47,726 nt of DNA from Sphingobacteriaceae bacterium (lineage in GTDB: Bacteria; Bacteroidota; Bacteroidia; Sphingobacteriales; Sphingobacteriaceae): the NCBI GenBank assembly GCA_014380615.1, contig JACMJM010000046.1, positions 1 to 47,726 of the forward strand. The letters run 5' to 3'. Shown piece by piece: positions 26,295 through 34,600 of this stretch. Below the pieces are notes generated by a model. That model had not been told where the DNA came from and did not search any database. It worked only from the letters and a program-made list of their open reading frames with translations. Each line of letters begins with the position of its first letter. The stretch's first letter is position 1. The translations under genes and the position numbers were made by a program.

Positions 26295-26921
26295 CTACTC
26301 TTCTGATTCGTTTGCCAGTTCCTTAAGGTTTGTTTCAAGAGCCGAAATTTTCTTAAAGTACTTCTCTCTGTAATACAGGTGGTTGAAGAGAAATGTGAGA
26401 GCTGTTACGCCCGCCGACAGAAACATTAAATTATCTTTCCCTAAATCTAAAGGCCCTAGAATCATCTTTAGAATTATAAAGAATGTAACGGGAAACAAAA
26501 AGAGATAAATTAAATTCATCCGCACATAAAACCTTCTGAACCGGAGGGTTGCTTTCGCTAAAGTATCTTTGAGGGCATGCGTAGTGTCGAAATCAAATAT
26601 CGCGGCCTGGTACCTAAATACCCTGATCGTGATAACGGCATATAGTGCTAAAAACGCGATTTCAATTAAATTATATCCCGGCGGATTAAATCGGGCGGGT
26701 AAAATAATATGCAATAAAATATTTACCGCCAATACACCAAGCAAAATCCCGCAGGAAACATCGCCCATTTTCTTCCAATACAAGTTCTTTGCCTGTAATT
26801 CATTTACCGTGCTTATAGTTTTCATAATTATTTCATTTAGTTTTTCTGCTGTTTGGGCCCGAAATTCAAATTCGGGCCCTTTACCGTCCTGCCAGTACCT
26901 TTTAAATTCGTCTAGTTCCAT
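26295..26921 (-). CDS. Polytopic membrane protein downstream of an ECF sigma; possible anti-sigma factor
   Basis: The 208-aa product lies 3 nt after the ECF sigma stop. It has a cytoplasmic N-terminus followed by about four hydrophobic helices. No conserved anti-sigma motif is recognised, so the call rests on position and topology. Confidence 0.4.
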   Translation of the reverse strand: MELDEFKRYWQDGKGPEFEFRAQTAEKLNEIIMKTISTVNELQAKNLYWKKMGDVSCGILLGVLAVNILLHIILPARFNPPGYNLIEIAFLALYAVITIRVFRYQAAIFDFDTTHALKDTLAKATLRFRRFYVRMNLIYLFLFPVTFFIILKMILGPLDLGKDNLMFLSAGVTALTFLFNHLYYREKYFKKISALETNLKELANESEE

Positions 26922-26924
26922 TTT

Positions 26925-27404
26925 TTACTTCTTTATAAGTATGCGCAGCTTAGTTTTTATTTTATTTAATTTAAACCCAATGTTAGATTCAGAAATCCCC
27001 AGTATTTCCGACATCTCTTTGTAACTGCAATCGTCAAGGTAAAGCATGGTTAACGCCCGTTCCACTTCAGAGAGTTTTTTAATAGCCTCATACATCTTAG
27101 TCAGTCTCTCTTCCTCGGGGCTTTCTACAAAGGCGGCGAAATTGCAGGTTCCATCACTTAATTCTTCAAATTTCTCCCGCCTGCTCTCCTTTCTAATCCG
27201 GGTTATAGCTGTATTTAGCGCAACTCGATACATCCAGGTAGATATTTTTGAATCGCCCTTGAATCCGGGATACGCTTTCCATAGCTGGAGAATAATATCC
27301 TGAAAAAGGTCCTCTATATCTTCTTTACCCCGGCAATAGAGATTGCATACCTTAAAAATTAAGCCCTCATTTTCTGAAATTATCTTTACAAATTGCTCTT
27401 TCAA
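26925..27404 (-). CDS. ECF-type RNA polymerase sigma-70 factor
   Basis: Region 2 (EDIEDLFQDIILQLWKAYPGFKGDSKISTWMYRVALNTAITRIRK) and region 4 (LSEVERALTMLYLDDCSYKEMSEILGISESNIGFKLNKIKTKL) are present. The product is 159 aa. Confidence 0.8.
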   Translation of the reverse strand: MKEQFVKIISENEGLIFKVCNLYCRGKEDIEDLFQDIILQLWKAYPGFKGDSKISTWMYRVALNTAITRIRKESRREKFEELSDGTCNFAAFVESPEEERLTKMYEAIKKLSEVERALTMLYLDDCSYKEMSEILGISESNIGFKLNKIKTKLRILIKK

Positions 27405-27564
27405 GATTTAGTTTTACCAATTAGTCGGCATTGTGAATAAAAACTTAGAGTTTTGAGAATATTTTTTTTTAACAATATGTGGGATAGATACGGGCCATTA
27501 ATTATTCTAATTACTTGAGCATCTTGATCGAATATAATAAAATGGCCTCAATTATACCTGAATC

Positions 27565-28281
27565 ATGAAATACTCTACGCATTATTTACTCTGTATTTTA
27601 CTTGTGTGCTGTCCGTTCTACGGCTTTCGCCCAGACCGGAAGCCCACACTTTTCATTATCGGAAACTCTCATGCCAGGAACGGTTCATTGGCTAACGGAG
27701 GCTTCGGCCAATGGGGATGGGGAAGCTTTATCCATAATCTCTTAGATACCACCAAAATATCAATACAAAACAGGGCGATGGGCGGAAGCAGTTCCACGAG
27801 TTATATCCAGACTGGCTTATGGGACAAAGTGCTGGCCGTTTTAAAACCAGGTGATTTTGTATTGATACAATTTGATAAATCCGAAAAGTATATTCAAGAT
27901 AGCAAATCCAAGGGGGCCACTCCGTTTATCTGTTCGCCCGGTGTTCGAAACGTTTGGATAAATAATAAAATAAACCGAAGGAATACCCGAAACGTCGAAG
28001 CGATGAAGGAGCAATATAAACTAAGCAAGGTTCCTTTTATCGACCTCTACACCCCCCTTTGCGATCATTACGATAAAATGGGACAAGATTATGTTTCGAG
28101 TATTTATTTCGGTATAGATTCCGTTCATACTATCGAGGGGGGTGCTAAAATGTCGGCCAGCCTGATTGCAGGAGGATTGAGAAATTTAAAAAAGAATCCG
28201 CTAAAAAAGTATCTCCTGAGGAAACCCCGGGACATGAAAAACTGGAAATACGCACCTAGTCCGGACCCTCGAAAGCTCTAA
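27565..28281 (+). CDS. SGNH hydrolase, rhamnogalacturonan acetylesterase-like (CE12-like), secreted
   Basis: TLFIIGNSHARNGS...GGFGQWGWGSF...GDFVLIQF aligns with the RGAE N-terminus ([25 protein letters not shown]...GDYVIVEFGHND). The block V DxxH is DSVHTIEGG. Block I reads GNS rather than GDS. Confidence 0.6.
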   Translation: MKYSTHYLLCILLVCCPFYGFRPDRKPTLFIIGNSHARNGSLANGGFGQWGWGSFIHNLLDTTKISIQNRAMGGSSSTSYIQTGLWDKVLAVLKPGDFVLIQFDKSEKYIQDSKSKGATPFICSPGVRNVWINNKINRRNTRNVEAMKEQYKLSKVPFIDLYTPLCDHYDKMGQDYVSSIYFGIDSVHTIEGGAKMSASLIAGGLRNLKKNPLKKYLLRKPRDMKNWKYAPSPDPRKL

Positions 28282-28507
28282 TAACGGCTTTATTTCGCTG
28301 CCGTTTGATACGCTGACAGTCCGGTTACTTCCTGAAAAATTATTTACAGATCATCCCAGATTACCTGAAAACAAAATTTAACCTGAGGCCAATTTTGAGC
28401 TGCCTGTGCCGATCCGTCGACTGCCATAATTAACACCTAAAATATCAACTGATGTTCGAATATAGGGTTCTCACTCTTTAAATCCATTTTCACTTCTTTA
28501 TTGCCAG

Positions 28508-28582
28508 GAAAATCGCTTTTAAATAGAATTTCAAGCTATGCAATGAACGTCAGACTGCGTTTAGACACTGTCTGACGTTCAT
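28508..28582. repeat. Repeated intergenic palindromic element, copy A (3' of the cgs-like gene)
   Basis: ggaaaatcgcttttaaa ... atgaacgtcagac (28543-28555) / gtctgacgttcat (28570-28582) forms a 13-bp perfect stem with a 14-nt loop. It shares GAAA(A)TCGCTTTTAAA and the GAACGTCAGAC...CTGTCTGACGTT core with copy B at 38197-38299. Confidence 0.6.
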
Positions 28583-28629
28583 TTCGAGATATTAAGCCAT
28601 AACATAACAGCATCGTATATCTCATTCCA

Positions 28630-31600
28630 TTACCCTGCTTCGCAATACATCTCCACATCATGTGTTAGTCCGTCGTCAACCAATTGCAGTACATTTCCTT
28701 CTGTTTTAATACTTCCGGTTTTACTATATGAGCTTCCCTCGTTTAACTGAAAGACCGTGATTTTATAAACCGTGCGCCCATACTTGTAAATCACGTTAAC
28801 CGATGGCCAGCTGAGAGGGAAACAAGGTTTGAAAATTAAATTATTATGCCGCAGTTCAATACCGAGTAAAGAGCCGGTTATAAACTGGTACATCCACCCT
28901 GCCGAACCGGTGTACCAGGTCCAACCGCCACGGCCTTTATGCGATTCATTGGCATATACATCCGCAGCCATTACATAGGGCTCTACTTTATACACCTGAA
29001 CGGCATCGGCGTCTAAAGCATGGTTTAGAGGCTGAACAAGGTTAAATAACTCGTAAACTTTTTTGCGCTGGCCCAAAGCCGCGAAAGCCATAAGCGTCCA
29101 GATAGCGGCATGAGAATATTGTCCGCCGTTTTCACGAACGCCGGGAACGTAGCCACGGATATAACCCGGATTAGGCCCTTTCGAATCAAAAGGAGGATCG
29201 AGCAACTGGATTAGCTTTAAATCGGTTTTTACCAGATACTTGTTAAGAGAGGCCATACCCTGCGCCCTGCGCCCTTCATTAGCCGCACCAGATAATACAG
29301 ACCAGCTTTGAGCGATAGCATCAATGCGGCACTCCACGTTTTGGGCAGACCCTAAAGGACTTCCGTCGTCAAAATAGGCACGCCGGTACCATTCGCCGTC
29401 CCATCCCGATTCTTCAATATTGGTTTGCAATTTCAGAGCCTCTGCCTGGCACCTTTCGGCGAAAATAGTATCCCCGAAACCTTCTGCCACGGAAGTAAAC
29501 TTCGACAGTACATCATACAGAAAGAAGGCAAGCCATACACTTTCACCCTTGCCCCTCAGGCCAACCTGATCCATCCCGTCGTTCCAATCGCCGGCACCGA
29601 TAAATGGCAGGCCATGCGTACCGAATCGTAAACTAACCATAATAGCACGTTTACAATGTTCATATAAAGAAGCCTGCATGCCGGCACTTACCGGTAAATC
29701 ATATAATGTTTCTTCGTCTTCAAAAAGAGTACGGCTTTCTAAAAATCCTACCGAGGAATTTAATATTGCGGTATCGCCGGTCGCCGAAACATACCTCGAT
29801 ACTACAAAAGGCAGCCAAAGCATGTCGTCCGAACAGCGGGTTCGCACTCCCCTGCCCTCAGGCGGGTGCCACCAGTGCTGAACGTCGCCTTCGGCAAACT
29901 GGCGCGAGGCACTTAATAAAATTTGCTCGCGGGCCATATCAGGCCGGTTGTGCAACAACGCAAGAACATCCTGCAGCTGATCTCTGAAACCAAAAGCTCC
30001 GCCCGATTGATAGAATCCGCTTCGGGCAAACATACGGCAGGCCATTGTTTGATATGTCAACCAGCCGTTGGCCAGTACATTCAAGGCCATATCGGGTGTA
30101 TTTACCTGTACTTTTCCTAAAGTATCATTCCAGTATTCCTTTACTTCCCGCAAGGCTTCGATAACCATTTCGCGGACAGTAAACTTCCTTATCAGGGCAC
30201 TGGCAGCCTGGGTATTTTCTCCATTGCCCAGCATGAAAATAATCTCTTTTTCGGCACCGTCAAGCAAATCAAATTTTACCTGTAAAGCCGCACAGGGATC
30301 TACGGCAGCACCGGTTTTTCCGGAAAGCCTTTTTCGGTACATGGCCTGAGGCTCGTGTAATGTGCGATTACGGCCGATAAATTCTGTGCGATCTGCGGTA
30401 TAACTAAAATTCACTCCGCCGTCTACCTTGAAGAAAGTAACGCGTTCGGCGAAAGCAGAGTTATAACGGTTTCTCAATAACACCGCTCCGGTATTGGGGT
30501 CTTGTTCGGAAACGATGTGCATATGGGTTTTCGACCGAACATCACCCAAAACAGCCTCTATAAACCCAGTGGCAGAAAATTTACCTTCGCGGCCCGATTG
30601 GTTTTTAATTGTGAGAACGATAAATTTAACCGGTAGCTCTTTATGCGCAAACACGCACATTTCTGTGGCAATACCATTTTCAATATGCTCGAAAGTAGAA
30701 TAACCAAAGCCATGAGTAATGATATAAGGAGATGAGCCGTTTGCGGGAAATGCCGAAGGCGACCAAAAATCCCCTGTTTCCTCATCTCGTAAATAGAAGG
30801 CTTCGCCGCCGGTGTCGCTTACTGGATCGTTGCTCCATGGCGTAATGCGGTATTCGTGGGCATTTACCGCCCAGGTATAGGCCGATCCGCTCTCCGAAAT
30901 TACCGTACCGAAGCCCGGGTTAGCAATAACGTTTACCCATGGTGCCGGAGTAGTTTGACTGCCATTTACAGTAATCTTGTATTCCTTACCATCGGGTGTA
31001 AACCCGCCGGTACCATTAAAGAACAACAGTCCGTCCGGCAGGGCCAGGGTTTGTGATACGGGCTGGTTGATAATTATTTTAGGTTCGATAAGAGCAGGAA
31101 GCACCCTGTCTGATTGTCGGGAGTTTACCTGCTCGGATAAGGTACCGCGATTATCATAGATAATTACCCTTGCTACACTCTCAAAAAGAATGCGGTCTTC
31201 TGAAGACAGCTGGTCGACCGATTTTACATAAATAGTACCCGGGGTGTTATGAGTAAGGTTTGTATTTACTTCGGCGGTTATTAAACCGAGAATCTGATCC
31301 TGCAATACCTGACGATAGGTTCCGTGGTCTTCATTCCAGATTACCAGGTCGACAGCGAGGCCTTTTAAACGCCAATACGCATGGGCCTGCACCATCTGCC
31401 TCACCAGTTCCATACTCTCCGCATCGTAAATATGAAGTAGTACGATGGGTAAATCACCGGATACAGAATGGCTCCAAAGCCAGGACTGCCCGCGGAAATT
31501 ATTTTGAATAACCGAAGCCTCTGCCCGTAAATTAGCGTTGCCGTAAATTACAGACGAAGCCAGCCTGCCGTAAAGCTGGGCATCGCCTTCGGTAGCGTTA

Positions 31601-34600
31601 ATCTGTCGTAACAAAACCTGGCTATGGGTCCAGGAAAGTTCAAACGCACGGTTCTTTAGGTGCCTGTCGTGGTATTTGTACATCAGGGCGATACAAGCAT
31701 CTTTCGTTTCGCTGATACCGTAAATAAGGTCGAAAGTGATAGTTTGATTGGGCCTGATAGTTACCCTGTAACGGATAGATAGAATAGGATCCAAAACCGA
31801 ACCCTGCTTGCCCGAAAGCGAACTGGTATCCATTGCCTGAGGATGGGCAAGCGTTTTACCCCGACCAGTAAACTGCATCCTGTCTGTTTCGAATGAGATG
31901 GCTTCGGCAGCGGCACCCCTCACATCCATCATGTGGAACATCCAGGGCGGAGTTTCGCCTTCAGATCTGGGGCGGCGCGTACAGAGCACCGCATTCTGCT
32001 CTTCCATTATTTCTGTCTGCACAAAGAGATTACTGAAAGCGGGATGCGCTTCATCCGACGGCTGGCTCGCCATAACTATTTCGGCATAGCTGGTTACCTC
32101 CAACACCTTTACTACTTGGCCTTTATTAGTAATCCTGATACGCCTCATCTCGGTATCATCTTCGGGAGATACCACAATCTCGGTGCGAGTATCTATTCCG
32201 AAATCATTTCTGCGAAACTCTACGTGCCCCTGAGAAAACGTCGCCTCATAATTTTTTGCCGGATGAAGGGTCGGCTGGTAAGTATTTGACCAGAAAACAC
32301 CGCTTTTAACATCTTTTATATAGCAAAATATTCCGCGGTCGTCTTTAGTAGTATCTTCTCTCCAGCGGGTAACCGCGATATTTCGCCAGCGGCTATACCC
32401 CCCGCCCGAATTACTTATCATTACCTGGTAATTACCATTGCTTAACAGCTGAATTTCGGGTACTGGCGTATTAGGTGTGCGGATATTACGCACCTGTATA
32501 TTGCTTTCGGTGGTATGGGTTTCGATAATATCAGCCGTATGGGCATAAAACAGAGTGGTTCGTGGAATGCGCTCCTGTAAAAGCAATAAGGTAGCCTGAA
32601 ACCTTAGCTCGGCCGCAAAGCGTTGCTGCATGGGTTTATTAAGCAGCACATAAGCCAGTGAAAGAAAACCCATTCCCTGGTGATGCACCATATAAGAACG
32701 TACAATACTATTGGTTTTTCCCCGGGGTAAACGGCTAGCGGTGTAATCTATGGCTTCAAAAAAGCCATGTTCGCCTTCAAAACCCTCTCTTGATAAAAGC
32801 TGCAAATTGGCGCATGCCTTAACAGGAGAAACCATTAAGGCCAGCATAGTTGCGTAGGGTGCAATAACCAGGTCTTCTTCAAGTCCGCGCTTTAAGCCTA
32901 GGCCCGGTACACCAAAAGCCCGGTACTGATAATTCAAATTCGCGTCTACGGTATTATACCCCGATTCTGAGATACCCCAGGGCACTCCCCTTTGGGTAGC
33001 GTATTCTATCTGGCGCTTAACAGTGGCTTTACTTGTTTGGTGAAGCAGCGTATTTTCATACGATGGCATTACCAGCTGCGGCATAAGGTATTCGAACATT
33101 GAACCGCTCCAGGATAAAAGAATGGGATCTCCGCCTGAGTTGGTAAGTAAGCGGCCTAAAGCGAACCAGCTTTCCTGAGGAAGCTTACCCTGGGCTATGG
33201 CCACAAAAATACCCAGCCGGGCCTCGGAAGCAAGCAGATCATAGAAACTGTCATCTTTTCGCTGATCGTCAACGTTGTACCCGATACGCAGCAGGTTGGT
33301 AGATTTATCATAAAGAAAATCGTACTCAATTTCACTAAGCTCTTCGCATTGCCCTGAAAGTTTTTCGAGGAGCAGGATTTGGCTTTCAGCATATCTGCCG
33401 CCGGTTTCTAATAAAGTCGCGAATTTGGTTAACCATTCTATATTCGTTTCTCCAGCTTTCTTAAAACCTTCAATTACAACATCAGATTGAACACCTTTAA
33501 TATCTGACAAAGAGGGGATTACATCTAAATAAGTTAAATTATCGGGCAAAGGCATCTCTAACCACGGCACCAATTTAAGCAGATCATTGAGGATATAATT
33601 TACCTGGTCAGACAGACGAACCGCCCACTTATACAGTTCGGATTCGGCATCTTCTTGTTCAACAAGCTTCCCGCTGAGTAGGGCAAGATTTGAAAGATCT
33701 TTTTTTACGGAACTAAGGGTTGCATTTTCAGACAGCAAGGCGGTATCCAATAAGGCCTGGATCTCCTCAATCAAACCGTTTTCATGAGGATTACTTAGGC
33801 CCTGTATTATTTCGGTAGTAGTTATAAACCCGTGGAATACCTGCTTGCTGAAAATGGGCTGCCAGGGAACAGCCAAAAGCCCCTGACGCAGGGTGAGTAA
33901 ATGCCCGGCAAGATTTCCGCTATCAACCGTAGAAACATAACGCGGATGAAGAGGGGTTAAACTTAAGGTATCATACCAATTGTAAAAATGCCCTTTATAA
34001 CGTTCCAGCGCAAGCATCGACCGAAGTGTATTATCGCATCGAGAGGCAAGTTGTGAAGCTGTGATATAACCAAAATCATACGCTCCAAGATTGGCAAGCA
34101 AGGCCAGACCCATATTGGTTGGCGAAGTACGGTGGGCGATAACAGCTGCGGGGTGTTCCTGAAAATTATCAGGCGGAAGCCAGTTTTCCTGTGCGCTTAC
34201 AAAATTCTCAAAAAACGACCATGTTTTGCGGGCCGACTGATGAAGGAAGGTTAACTGTTCTGGCGAGAAATCGGGACTTTCCTCCTTCTCGGGCTTACTA
34301 AGCAGCCAGGCGATTGCTGGAGCAAAAAACCAGAGAATAAGTATTGGAGAAGCAACTATAACCGCATTAGAATTAATTAAAGAAAGAATTACCAGGCCAG
34401 CTACTGAAAGGAAGGGGGTAATCCACATGGTTTGATACTCAAACCAGACCGTATAATTTAATGGGGCAGATATTGTAGCCGAGGGTGTCCATTGCAAAAG
34501 TTTTTTACCTGAAACAAACATGCGCCAGTTGGTACGAACAATTGCGTCGAGATTTTTAAAAGCTTCGTAAGGCAGTACGGCCAAACCAAAAACAAAACGG

